Below, in pieces: positions 25,050 to 38,867 of a DNA stretch of 64,000 bases. This stretch comes from Octopus sinensis. Lineage: Eukaryota. The stretch's first letter is position 1. Each line of letters begins with the position of its first letter. The stretch spans positions 69,812,001-69,876,000 of the forward strand of contig NC_042997.1 of assembly GCF_006345805.1 (NCBI RefSeq), given 5' to 3'. Below the pieces are notes generated by a model, which did not search any database, was not told the DNA's origin, and saw nothing but the letters and a program-made list of their open reading frames with translations. The position numbers and the translations under genes were made by a program.

Positions 25050-25830
25050 CTGTTCGTCTAAAAGGGAGAACGATGATAGGAAAGGAGTGGATAAAGGTGA
25101 AGATAAAAGAGAGGACAAAATGTGTGAGACAGGGAGAGGAACATATGAAAAAGAAGGCAGAAGGAAGAAGAAGAAGAAGAAGAAGAAGAAGAAGAAGAAG
25201 AAGAAGAAGAGGAGGAGGGGGAGAACAAGAAAAGGAAGAAGATGAACAAAACGGAGGGGGAGGAAGATGACGATTAAAAAAAGAAGAACGAAGGAGAAAG
25301 AAGGAAGAAAGAAGAAAAAGAAGGGGTGGAAGAAGCCTAAGAAGGAAGAAGAAGGGAAAAGAAAGAAGAAGAAGAAGAAGAAGAAGAAGAAGAAAGAAGA
25401 AGAAGAAGAAGAAGAAGAAGAAGAAGAAGAAAAAAGAGGAGAAGAGGAAGAAAATAATTAAGAAGGAATAAAAAGAAAAAAGGAGGAGGAGGAAAAGAAG
25501 AAGAAGAAGAAGAAGAAGAGGGGAGAACAAGAAAAGGAAGAAGATGAACAAAAAGGAGGAGGAGGAAGATGATTAAAAAAAGAAGAACGAAGGAGAAAGA
25601 AGGAAGAAAGAAGAAAAAGAAGGGGAGGAAGAAGCATAAGAAGGAAGAAGAAGGGAAAAGAAAGAAGAAAAAAGAGGAGAGGAGGAAGAAAATAATTAAG
25701 AAGGAATAAAAAGAAAAAAGGAGGAGGAGGAAAAGAAGAAGAAGAAGAAGAAGAAGAAGAAGAAGAAGAAGAAGAAGAAGAAGAAGAAGAAGAAGAAGAG
25801 AAGAAGAAGAAGAAGAAATGAACGAAGAAC
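25050..25830. repeat. Polypurine (GAA/GGA) tract with a diverged ~300-bp tandem duplication
   Basis: GGGAGAACAAGAAAAGGAAGAAGATGAACAAAA... at ~25219 and ~25520. Confidence 0.9.
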
Positions 25831-26102
25831 ATGAGAATGGAGTAGGTAAGGTTTGTTTAAAGCTAAGGCGATATTTAAATACATGTAAATGAGGTTAGTA
25901 GGAGTTTAGTCGGAGTTTAGTTCAACCTTAGTGACTGAGAAGCATTTGTTTTTACAGGAAAAGCTAACCACTTTTGTATTTAAAAGGACACATACAGTTA
26001 GATTATACTTCCTATTATATATACAGACATACATATATGCATACTTCCTATAATATATACAGACACATACATCTACACGCATTCTCTTTCTCTCTCTTTC
26101 TG

Positions 26103-26152
<50 letters not shown>

Positions 26153-26673
26153 GGAGATTTAGTGTATAAATAGAAAAAAATAAATCTACAGGAATTCAAT
26201 CAATAACAGGTCCTTAAACGCCAATATGATATTACAGTAAACCCTTGTGAAGTCGACTTCCATGTGTATCCATAATCAGGTAAAACAATTTTTAAGAGTA
26301 ACATTCATTTTAAAAGTAGGAAAGCATTAATTACAAAGTAAGTTCATCTTTTTTCAACAGCTGTTTCATTAAAATAAATATTATTAGATATGTAGCTTTA
26401 TTATTATGACACAAAAGTAATTAATTTAATTTAATCTAATTCAAAAGATGTGTTTATCCAAATTATCCGGAATGTTATGTTATCGTAATCAGTAAACTGC
26501 TTTTGGTTTAAAACGATGATTTGAGTATACACATATAATTTAATTTAATTTAATAATGATTCGCAATTATGTAATTATACATTCAATGAAACAACTGTTG
26601 AACACAAAGTGGATGCTATATTTGAAATTTATGCTTTTCTGCGTTTATTCTGTATGTGTGTGTGTATGCATAC

Positions 26674-26734
<61 letters not shown>

Positions 26735-26774
26735 GTGTGTGTATGTGTGTGTATATATATATACACATATATAT

Positions 26775-26822
<48 letters not shown>

Positions 26823-27649
26823 TAATATATTATATATATATATATATATTATATATATATATATTATATATATATATATATGTATATATATATACGTGCA
26901 GCGTAGATAGTTGGTAGAAAGTTCGCTTCTCGACTACACAATTCTGGGTTCAGTCCCATTGCGTGGTACTTTGGGCAAAGTGTCCTCTACTATAGCCCTT
27001 GGACGATCAGAATCTTCTGAGTAGATATGGTAGATAGAAACTGTAAGAAGCCCGTCGTATAATCCTTATTTCTTATATATACACCTATGTACGTGTGCAT
27101 GTGTATGTGCGTGCGTGTGTGTGTATCTCTCTGTTCGTTTTTGCTCTCAGCACCACTAAAAAATCAAAGTTGATTTGTTTATATTTCCGTAACTGCAACG
27201 GTTCGAATAATTGAGTTTGCATCAGATCTTTTCCTCCTTCATACTTACATTGCCTGTACAAGTGCCACACGTAAAATGTCCAAATGATCGCAGTATAATG
27301 TTATGCTTAAGAACACAGCACACCGCCCTGTCTACGAATCGAACCAACGGTCTGGTGATCGTGAGTACAACATCTTAAATACTTTACTATATATATATAT
27401 AATATATATATATATATATAATATGTGTGTGTGTGTGTGTGTGTATGTGTGTGTGTGTGGTGTGTGTGTGTGTGTGTGTGTGTGAATAGCCAATGCAATT
27501 TAGATGCTAAACTGTTTAGTTTAAATGCATTATATAACGTATGTGCGCGTGCATTTGTGTAAAATCCAGGACAAGCGTCTTCTACTATAGCCTCGAGCCA
27601 ACCAAACTCTCCTGGGTGGATTAGGTAGACGGAAACTGAAGAAATACCG

Positions 27650-28980
27650 TTTGTGCTCTGTAAGGATATTTATGTTTCCTTAATTATTTCAGAGTTTTAT
27701 GCTAAAATATGTGGTATATACAGTTAATAAATAGTAAAATACCTAAAGCAAGGGAGTTGAGTGAGTGTGAGCGAGATCAAATCGTAGCTAATCATGAAGA
27801 TGGAATGTCTCGAAGGAAAATTGCTCAGAAGATGAAATGTTCTCGATGTGCGGCGCAAACGACTCTCAAGTGCTTCAAAGAGACAAAAGATGTGAAGACA
27901 AAACAAAGAACAGGTAGAAAAAAAGTTATATCACCTCGTGATGACAGATCCATCATCTTTCAGCCGCACAGAAGCAGAAGAAAAACATCGTCGGATCTCT
28001 GTGCGGACTTCAACGAGGCAAGTACTTCACAAATATCACCCAGAACTGTTAGAAGAAGGCTTGTAGAGAACGGTCTGAAAATCTGTAAAGGCAGGAAGAA
28101 GCTATGGGCTTCTGAATCGAATATGGAAAAACAGCTTCAGTGGGCCAAAAATCACTCAAATTGGACCATTCAGCAATGGTCGAAAGTCATTTGGTCTGAT
28201 GAAAGTAACTATGAGGTAATATTGTACATGTATTCAATCAACATATAAACTTGCCCAAAATATATTTTTAAATATCCAACATAAAGCTAATATTATTTCT
28301 CATGTTTTTACTCACATTTTCGGTACATCTGGTGCAGCTCTCTTGCATCGCAGAGTTGGGGAAGCATTTAAGGCTGAATGTCTGGCACCATCCGTAATAC
28401 CTTGGAGTGGTTCTCTCATGATGTGGGCCTGCATGACTACCACAGGACCCGCAGAGATGTTTTTATGTCATGGAAGGATGAATTCAGCTACCTATGTTTC
28501 TATGTTATCAGATGTTTTAGAGCCATCAGTTGCTAAATTGCATGCAGGAGTGTTGAAGAACAGTGTTATCTTTCAACAGGGCAACGCTCCATGCCATACA
28601 GCAAAGAATACTTGTAAATGGTTTGAGACACAGGGTATTGTTTCCATCGACTGACCAGCTCAAAGTCCCGATCTAAATCCGATTGAACACCCATGGGGAA
28701 CTCTTGGTGAAGCTACCAGGAACACAACAATTAAAAATAAAGAGCATATGTACCAAAAGTTGGGAGAAGAATGGAGTAAAATTGCGTCTGCAAGAAACTA
28801 GTTGATTCAATGCCTAGCCGTATAAAAGCGGTAACAGATGTTAAACGAGGGTCAACCAGGTATTAAAACTAATGTACATTGTGAAATATACCATAATCTA
28901 CCATGTGCATGAGTTTCATTAACACTGAGATAGCAGAGCCCCAAAACATTGGGTGGCCTTAATACTTTGGGCCAAGGCTG
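27650..28980 (+). mobile_element. Tc1-family (DD34E) transposon with a 100-bp intron, inactivated
   Basis: Exon 1 is 27739-28215 (start ATG>ATA; HTH; WSDES), the intron is 28216-28315, and exon 2 is 28316-28866 (QQGNAP with D>G; stop at the W of WPAQSPDLNPIE; 34-residue spacing; ...SMPSRIKAV...Y*). A 3' TIR ends ...GGGCCAAGGCTG; no matching 5' TIR was found. Confidence 0.9.
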
Positions 28981-29351
28981 TGTATATATACATATATATA
29001 CATACACATACACTCACACATATATACATAGACATGTGTGTGTGAGTACATGCATAATAGATTCGTGCGGTCACCAAGAGCACATCACAGCAATGACTCC
29101 CAGTAATGTTGATATTAATTCGTCTTCCCTGTTTACTTGGACAAGCTTGAGAAATCACTTTATTTTTGTTGCCATTATTGTGTTATTTTTTGGACTAATA
29201 CTTATCACCTTCTTTGTTATACATTCCCTACTCCTCCTGTATCATCATCATCATCATCATCTTCTTCTTCTTCTTCTTCTTCTTCTTCTTCTTCTTCTCT
29301 TCTTCTTCTTCTTCTCTTCTTCTTCTTCTTATTATTATTATTATATTATTA

Positions 29352-29390
<39 letters not shown>

Positions 29391-29391
29391 G

Positions 29392-31560
29392 GTTGGCATT
29401 CTTGGAAGCCACGCTTACCTTCGCCTCCGGAAAGTTTGTTTACTCTGAAAGCGATTATTTTTCTATTTAAATCTTTTTTATAAGCGTGGTGGGATTTACT
29501 AACTGCTGTGTAGTTCTTTTTTGTTTAAAGCCCAAAGTTCTTGGAGGTACATACCTATATAAATCTTGCCTTCAGATGAAAAAGTTTGTTTTCCTTTAAA
29601 ATGTTCATCATAGATGCAGTTGACAGAAGAATTATATAAATGAGAGAAGTGGGAGATATTGGAGAGACTGATATTATTGGTGTTATGAAGGAAAGAGCAG
29701 CACGCTAAACAGCATTGATACTGAATCCAACATATTTGTATCATTAGATCGGAAAGCAAGCAGCAGCAGCAACCAACAGCAGAAACAACAATAACAGGAA
29801 ATATAATAACCACCATATCGACGAATTTCTACCATAGCCAACCAATCACACCACCAACATAAGCAATGTATTCATAAACATTTCCATATCCTTCCCATTT
29901 CGCCTATCACACCAGATATCTTCATCTGCACATTCGCTTCGGCCTCCAGAAACCCACCACCACCACCAACAACAACAAAAACAACAACACAACAGCAACA
30001 ACAACAGCATCCACAAGAACAGGCAAACCAACAGCATTAACATCAACAGCACTAACTCATTCGTAGGTGTAACAAAGTTTTCAGAAGCAAGCTCCCTTGG
30101 AAGGGAAACAGAGGAACGTGGACGACACAGAAAAGCTCTTCAATAGATGAGAAAGCGTCAACTTCCTTCAGAACAGATAGAAATGACACCCAGAAGATTT
30201 GTTTTAGACCGTAGTGTTTCTATTAAAAATCGATTGGTTTTAAATGGTGCACACACACACGTCTTGGAAAATGATTAAAGGGGTTATGGGCTGACAAGGA
30301 TTTTGTAACTCGAAGTAGGCAAAATAGCTGTGTGGAAAGGAAACTTTTCGCAGAAAGCTGGCACAAATTGAAAAAGTGTAAACGCGAGGAATTACTTTTC
30401 TTTACTTACTTTATCCGGTGTGTAATAAAGATTTTAAAAATCAGACATATCACCACAATTAGACATTTTGCGGATGATGGAACTTGTAGTAATCGAAGGT
30501 CCGTAGAACCTGCTTGATATTAAAAAAATATCAAAAAGAAAATTGGGTCCGGAACTGGGTCAGAAAATCCGCTAGCACTAGACAAGATTCTTGATCTTAT
30601 TAAGCTGTTGAACGGGCAACAACTCCAAAATATCGCAGAGGTCAGAAAATTTAGGTGCCAATCTTGCCGGAGCAACTCTGCGCAAAACAAGAGTGAGCTG
30701 GAGGGAAGGCTACACTGCTACCAAAACCACTGAAACAACTAAACCAGCAGCAGTAGCAAATAGAAATCAACAGTTACAGCAAAAACATAACTACTAATTA
30801 CAATATCAGCAGCGGTAATAACAGCTGTTGCAACTATCCCAAAAAGCAGGAGCTAGAGCGAAAATCTACCACAGCTAGAACAACTATATCACAAACAGTG
30901 TCAGCAGAGATGTAAAGTGCAAGCCAAGAATCAGTTAATCTGCTGGCCATGGAAGTCACTCCTTTGAAGGTCCAACAACTCAAATAATCAATTACACGAT
31001 TCTGACTTCTTGGATACAGAAACTGTAGCATGCAACAAGAAGAATATGAATTCATCACATATGATGTGCGTCGAGCAAAAAAAAAAATGCAAATCAAAAA
31101 TATGCCGCTCTTTGTTAAAGCCAAATGACAAGACGAAAATGAAAGAAAAATCTATCTTTAAACTATCTACCACCATCACCAACATCAACACTACCACCAG
31201 AAGAAATGCCACAACAAAAAGCTAGCTATTCACAAATAAAACCACAACTATATTCACAAAAGAAAACATTAAACCAATAACAAATACATAACCAACAGCA
31301 ATAAACCACAGAACAGTAACAAATGCAGCCAAGTACACAAACTGAACTCCTAATAAGCTTCATAGTTGTTTGCAAGAGTAACAGTGACCTGATGCAGGGG
31401 TTAATAGAAAACAAAAATATTGCCACAGTAAAGAAGGGCTTAGACGAACCCCTGCCGACTCAGCAAGACCACACTATTAATCCAAGCAGATGCGAACGCT
31501 TACCTCAAACGTAAAAAAATATTTTACCGATATCGAAAATTTTCCCTGAAAGCAGGACAA
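29392..31560 (+). mobile_element. Decayed LINE ORF1-like region (L1/Tx1 type?)
   Basis: Codon-like Q/T/N-rich stretch with many stops. The frameshifted VVIEG-RRTC near 30490 resembles the EGR.P.C zinc-knuckle lead-in of Tx1 ORF1. Confidence 0.35.
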
Positions 31561-31760
31561 AAGAACCTTAGGAAGATTCTTCTTTACAACATTCTTCGGT
31601 CATTTTGCGTCGAGAAAGGTTTCTCTTCCCTCCAAAATAGTAGAGGCCAACAGCCACCAGATGGGTCAGGTACTATAGTTCCAGGTCACAAAAGCCTTTT
31701 AAGTCATTTTCGCCGAAGCTTACCGCGCAGAATATTGTAAACATGTGTGTGTGTGGTTGG

Positions 31761-31854
<94 letters not shown>

Positions 31855-32549
31855 GTCTGTCTGTCTGTCTGTCTGTCTATACATTCATACATATATGAAT
31901 ATGTAGCAGTTAAGCCTGGTTTCACCCTGTCGGTTTGGATGATGTGGCTGTAGAACCTGCTCTGCGTAAGCATTCGGCTTGTTTGGGCACGCTTACGTTT
32001 AAAAACAATTTTAGAATGGTTTTTTCTGTCAAAACGCTAAAAATAACTGACCCCACCCACCCACCCCAAAAAATAAACAACCAACATTCAACCAAACCTA
32101 AATACTAAGCGAACAAAGATGAACCATCCCACTTCCATTGCACGCGCACACGCACACGCACGCATACACACAAACACAACACACGCACTCACACACACAC
32201 ATTCACATACCCCTTTTACATACACACACATATATTCTCACAGAGTCGAAACGCTGTATGATTTATTCTTTCAGCGTATAATTTTCATCATCCCACTACC
32301 AAGTATGACATCACCCTTCCTTCCTTATTCATCTATCCCCCGTTCCTTTCACATTCATAAACAAAATAGTATTACTATAGTAGATTATCTTGGTAACCAT
32401 GGGAGCTATGAAATAAATACAAAGCCCAGCATTACCATCGGATCATTCTACACATCTGTGTAATTTTTCGCGCAATTCCACCCATCCGTTTGACCTTGAG
32501 TCCGAAGACAAGAAAGAAATGCCCATGTCAAATTTATGCGCGCGCGCGC

Positions 32550-32602
<53 letters not shown>

Positions 32603-33309
32603 TATATACATACATACATACATATGTACACACATGTGCGTGTGTGTGCGTGCTTTTGTGTGTGAAGGAACAGCAGCAAATTACAAGATTATACAGGTAG
32701 ATTTCCAGTTACTTTGGAACAAATACAGATATATTTGTCGGTAAATATAAAGGTTCAGAGGTAGAGATATATGTCACTTATCATTCGCCTTGGGTTTATA
32801 TCTCTTCTTCAGAAATATATAATATTTCTTTATTCTTTTTGCTTGTTTTCATCATTTCAGCTTGAATTAGGAATTTAAAGTAATTCGCTTTCTTCCGGGT
32901 TAAGAAATATTCGATCGCAAAGGAAACCACATTGTCATAAGTTTATTTTCTAATGCTAAGAAATTATATGAATATATACACATATATACATACACACATA
33001 CATAAATATATGCATGACTACATACATACAGATGCATACACACACACACAATTTGCTTTAATATACGTAAAATTTTCATTCAAATGCAAAACTAATTTTT
33101 TTCTAATTTTCATATTAAGTATTCAAAAATTACAGAAATTTCTTTTAATGATTCAAAAAGAATCCCCTTTTATCAAATTTCATTTGAAAATTAGAATGCA
33201 TACCCTCATAGTCTACATTCGACACACACACATACACAAATAGACACACACACACACACACACATACACAAACACATACACAAAAATATCACGCACAAAG
33301 TTACACACA

Positions 33310-33396
<87 letters not shown>

Positions 33397-34651
33397 GTAT
33401 ACATGTACATATATACATATATGTATGTATATAATATATACATAAAAATGCATATTTATATTTTAGGTGTGTGTGTGTGTTTATATATATAGATATACAT
33501 ATACCTTTACACCCTCATAGTTGTATATGTAGTTATCTGTGTGTGTGCATGTATTTATATATATATTTTTCTTTTTTCATGCATTTCTTTGTTACGTCCC
33601 TTTTTGTGTTACATTTTTTTTTTCTTGCTCGTTTTACCCCTCTGCGAGGTTATTTTATTTTAATTCTCTCGTAGGAAAGCTTAGCATGACAGACGTGTCC
33701 TGTCTTGCCTTCGAAACACGCTATCTTTGCTAGTGACAGCTGATGAAGGGAATTTTTCCTTGTGTAGCATGTCCTGTACCTCGTTTTTCTGCTGTACATA
33801 ATGTTTTTCCCGTTTTCGTTTTCGTCCTGTTCCACGTCTCTGTCCTTCTGTTGTAACCAAATGGCTTTTCCGTTTTCGTTTCTGTTGATTTTTACGTCTT
33901 TTTGTGGTGTCCTGTACGTATATATATTTATATATGCATGTATATATACATGTAGATGTCGGTACGTACATATATGTTTGTATGTATGCATATATTTTAT
34001 TTATTACACTATATATATACATATATATTACGGCAAATACAATATCATTACGTATCTCACGTCTGTTTACATTCCTCTACTTCATTCTGTATTTCATATC
34101 TTACCTTAAACATTCACAGGCACCGTCTCTAATGAAGGGATAGATAAAATATCCCGGAGACAGTTATAAGACCTCTTTATAAATGATCTGAAAACTATTC
34201 ACAACCTTGGATTTTGTTTTATCTCATTCTGTTAATTTATATATATATATCAATCTCTATACAGCATTAATGGTCAATTTATTAATATTCTTTGTTCCTG
34301 TGGCTGGTGCGTCTTGATCAACAAATGGCAATTGAGAACAGTTCCATATGAGAAGGGGAGATAAACTCAAGAATCGAGAATTTCTCCAAAGTTGACATGT
34401 TACGTATGTATACACACAGGCATGCGCGCGCACACACGCACATGCACAAACACACATAAGCACGCATACATAAATACATATATATGTGTGTATGTGTGTG
34501 TGTTTGTGTGAGAGAGGGAGAGAGAGGGAGAAAGAGTATACAATCAGGGAAACGACCGTTTTGGAATGAAATGTTCTCATTTTGAGTAAGCGATTTAGTT
34601 GCTCAGTTTCTCAAAACACGTGTTATGGGATAATACGTATATGTGTGTGTT

Positions 34652-34738
<87 letters not shown>

Positions 34739-35856
34739 TGTGTGCGTGTATGTATGTATGTATGTATGTATGTATGTATGTATGTATGTATAGATGCATA
34801 TATTAACGCATATATGTGCATATTTGTGTATATGCGTACACACACAGACAGACACATAAACACACACCATAATTCGAATATGACAATAGATGTAAAAACA
34901 TCACTGACAGTTTAATATATCTCAATATATGTGAATATATATGCAAGGGTGTATTTGTATGCATGCATGCATATGTGTATGTAAATGATTTATTAGGACA
35001 CATTCATCCCAAAGTACATTTATTACGGCAGAATGCTTAACTAGAAAGAAACTTCTTATCTGTCTTTTATCGTGAGTGCAGTATCATAAATATTATTAGA
35101 ATGGCACTCTCACGGCTGATATGTGCCACGCGCCTACAGATTTTCTCGCCCTTGTATACCATGTAGCTAATGAGGCGTTCACAAATAGCGAATGTCACAC
35201 ATGCATCTGCATATACCTCACTCCCCTTCCTTGCATATATGCATATGTTTATATGCATATGTTAATATACAATCATATATCATATATAAGGTGAGCTTTA
35301 TACAAAAAAAATCAGACATTTTCTTTTGTTTCTTTTTATTTTATCTTCTTTTGTTTTGTCAGCTGGTGAAAAATATGACTATCAGGTGTAGATACGTATT
35401 AAGCAACACAATATGTTGCTGTACAGTGGCGTATACCGATCATTGTAATGACGACTGTAACAGTTTCAACAAGCAGACAGCTAACGCTTTCCTGTTTCTA
35501 CGCAGGAGTGTCTAAATATGTACTCTTTGCTATCCAGTCAAGAGTTGATGGATCAATTCGTTGTTATTTTTACTCTACGCACCCTTATTTCTATATTCCT
35601 TAGTCTTTCTAAAACATAATTTCTTGTTAACGAATAAGGGTGTGCGTGTGTATGCATACATATATATACAAACTTACATGCATACATACAGACATGCATT
35701 CGTACATACACACATTCATGCATACATACATACGTACATACTCACATATATATACATATATGTGTGTGTGTGTACAGAAATATATTCATATACCTAATAA
35801 ATATCATATATAAATATTCGTTAGTTATATATATGTGCGTGTGTGTTTATTATATA

Positions 35857-36078
35857 CACGAGGAGTGCTGAAAAGTTCCGGGCTTTGGGTAAAAGAAAAT
35901 AAAGGCGGATCAGTTAATTATGAATTTATTCAAAATATTCTCCTCTCTGATTCACACTTATTGCAGCGCCCCATCAGTTTTTCAAAGCTCTGTAAAAGAG
36001 CTATGAAGTTTGGGACTCCAACCAGCCAGACCTTTTGCGATACCCTTACAGCCAGGAACTTTTCAGCACACCTTCATA
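35857..36078. mobile_element. Mariner-type MITE
   Basis: TIRs CACGAGGAGTGCTGAAAAGTTCCGGGCT / AGCCAGGAACTTTTCAGCACACCTTC, TA-flanked. Confidence 0.8.
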
Positions 36079-36127
36079 CATATCTATTACACACACACAC
36101 ACACACACGCACCCCCCCCCATATATA

Positions 36128-36167
<40 letters not shown>

Positions 36168-36563
36168 AGTGGGGTGCAGGCGACTGTGTAGTAAGACATT
36201 TGCTTTCCAACAACATGGTTCTGGGTTCATTCCCACTGCGTGTCACCTATAGTCGTCTTCGATGTGACCAAAGGCTTTGTGTGTCGTAGCTGGAAACTGA
36301 AACAAACATGTCGTATGTGTGTGTGTATGTGTGTTTCTGTGTGTGAGTGTTCTTCCACACCACTCTAAAACCTGTGTTGGTGTATTTACGTCTCCGGAAC
36401 ATAGCCGCCCGGCAGAAGACACCGGTAGAACATGTACCACATTTTAAAAAATGTGCTGGTTTCGATTCATTCAACTAAAATCCTTCAAGGCCTCAGCATA
36501 GCCACAGTCCAGTAACCGAAACAAGTCAGATATTATAGAGAATAGATGAATAGCTATTATATA

Positions 36564-36812
36564 TTACGAGTTGATATCAAAATTTCTTCTTACTAGTTAT
36601 GTTAACTAAAAAATATCTTATTTTTCTAAGTTTCAGTATCATCTTCGAAATAGTTATTTTGTGCAGCAATGCACTGGTCTCAGCGTTCCTGCCACTTTTG
36701 GATCCGGCCTGGATGTAGTTTACCGTAAGCGAGGACCTTCTGCAATTCGCTCTGGATCTCGACAATTGTGTTAAAACGGCGACGTTTGAGGTGCATTTTC
36801 ATCTTGGGGAAG
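36564..36812 (-). mobile_element. Mariner transposase 3' fragment with TIR
   Basis: PKMKMHLKRRRFNTIVEIQSELQKVL...KWQERWDQCIAAQNNYFED. Confidence 0.8.
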
Positions 36813-37387
36813 AGAATAAGTACTTGGCTTACAAAGAATAAGTCCTGGGGTCGATTTCTTCGACTAAAAGGCGGTGCTCCAGCATGGCCACAGTCAAATG
36901 ACTGAAACAAGTAAAAGAGTAAAAGGGTAAAGAGTATATATATATAATATTAGTTATATGTATTGTACGTTATGAAAAGAAGCGATTGGAATTTTTTTGT
37001 TATTATTTATTCACCATTGTATGTGTTCCATTTGCTAAATAGGAGCTACAAAATTGTACATGGAATAGAAAACATGTAAGATATCCTCTTTTAGAAATTT
37101 TCCAGAAAGAGAGTCCAATAGTATTATATGATCCTCCATCTGAAGGATTTCCAATTGAAGATATGTTACATGTTCTCTACTCGATGTACAATTTTGTAAC
37201 TCCTATTGGCAAATAAGCTGTAATAGTGATTAAGTAATACCAAAAAAGTTTTTCATTCTCGTTTTGATATTATCATTTTACACAAAATATTTTCCAGTAT
37301 TTTCAAATCTTAAGCATACCTTATGAATTCTAGTTGAAACATACCTTGGATTTTAACACTCTACATAATATATTAGATACTCTGTGT

Positions 37388-37459
<72 letters not shown>

Positions 37460-38754
37460 GAGACAAAGAGAGTAAATATATAAGGTACAATATATGAATT
37501 TAACTAATCCGGTGGTACTAACAAAAAACTCCTTTAGTGGACTAGGCTACACACCACATAGTAAACCAATACACACAGGTGTAATGTATGATCCTATGCA
37601 GTTGAAATTCAGTAAATCGAATGACTTTTTGCTTTCGTATGTATATATTGAGTTGAAGAACGGATTTAACCATGATATTCTGTGATCTGAAGAGCTAGCT
37701 TTCTTTACCTGTATTAATTTGTGAATTGTATGATACTACTATATAATTTATAAGATATACACTAATACAGATAATATTTTATATACTAAAATAAACTATT
37801 TTTGCATGATGGCCGCGAAACGATCGTAATCTTATGGATATCATTAACTGGTGAAATAAAAAAATATTCATATCTGACTTTATATATACATACACACACA
37901 CACACACACCACACACACACACATACACACAGACACACACACATAAATATATTAAAAAGTTTATATATATTTGATATTATTTTAGGAAATACAAGCTTGC
38001 TATTGACTTCCTTTACTGCATGCGTAATAATGTGCAGTAAACTCTTTTGTACTCTTATCGGCTGTATTATTCTGAGATGTTCTTATAAAAAACTGCATAT
38101 GAAATATATGCCTGTTTTATTTGATCAGACCCCAGGACAAGATTTGGCTGATATTTTTAGCAAATGTAGCTACCATGTACAACTCATCCATTTTTACATT
38201 CATAAAACAGTATGGTGTAATTTGAGAGAGATTTTGCATCTAAATACTATCAACTCTAGCATACAGTAAGTGGTCACACATAAATTTAAATGCTTATTTT
38301 CAAAAACACTTAAATAACATTTAAATAAGTATTGTAATAAAAATACACGCCTGAAATATGACGAGAAAAGCGCACGTCTATAACATACACTAAAAAGAGC
38401 AGGTAAATAACAGCTCTTAAAAGCTTGTAGGAAGTGCCTTGGCATGGCCGCAGTCTAACAGCTTATACAAGTATGAATAAGACAGGATAACTAACGCTGT
38501 TTGTCAAGTTGTGGTGGGTGTCAAACAAAAGTGCAAAGACATACATACATAGATATATGTATATATGTAGGCTTCTGCCAGTTTCTGTCTACCAAAATCA
38601 TGTACAAGGGTTTGGTGGGCCGAATGCCTTAGTAGAAGAAACATGCTCAAGGTGCCACGCAGTGGGAAAGAAACCCAGACCCATGTAGTTGCAAAACTTA
38701 TTACCACACCACCACGCATGTGCCTATGTATATATACGTATATATATATTTATA

Positions 38755-38832
<78 letters not shown>

Positions 38833-38867
38833 ATACATATATATATATATACACGAATGGATATAAG

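Noticed and set aside
26350-26395. GAAACAGCTGT module on the minus strand
   Set aside because: No CTGANGA partner (only CTAATAA) and no stem I.
32755-32815. CTGAAGA plus a 9-bp stem on the minus strand
   Set aside because: GAAA and stem III are absent.
35480-35620. Strong acceptor (CTAAC...TTTCCTGTTTCTACGCAG) suggesting an exon
   Set aside because: No good donor and no recognisable peptide in any frame.
37135-37228. CTGAAGGA...AAGCTGTA
   Set aside because: GAAAC is not preserved and the register is ambiguous.
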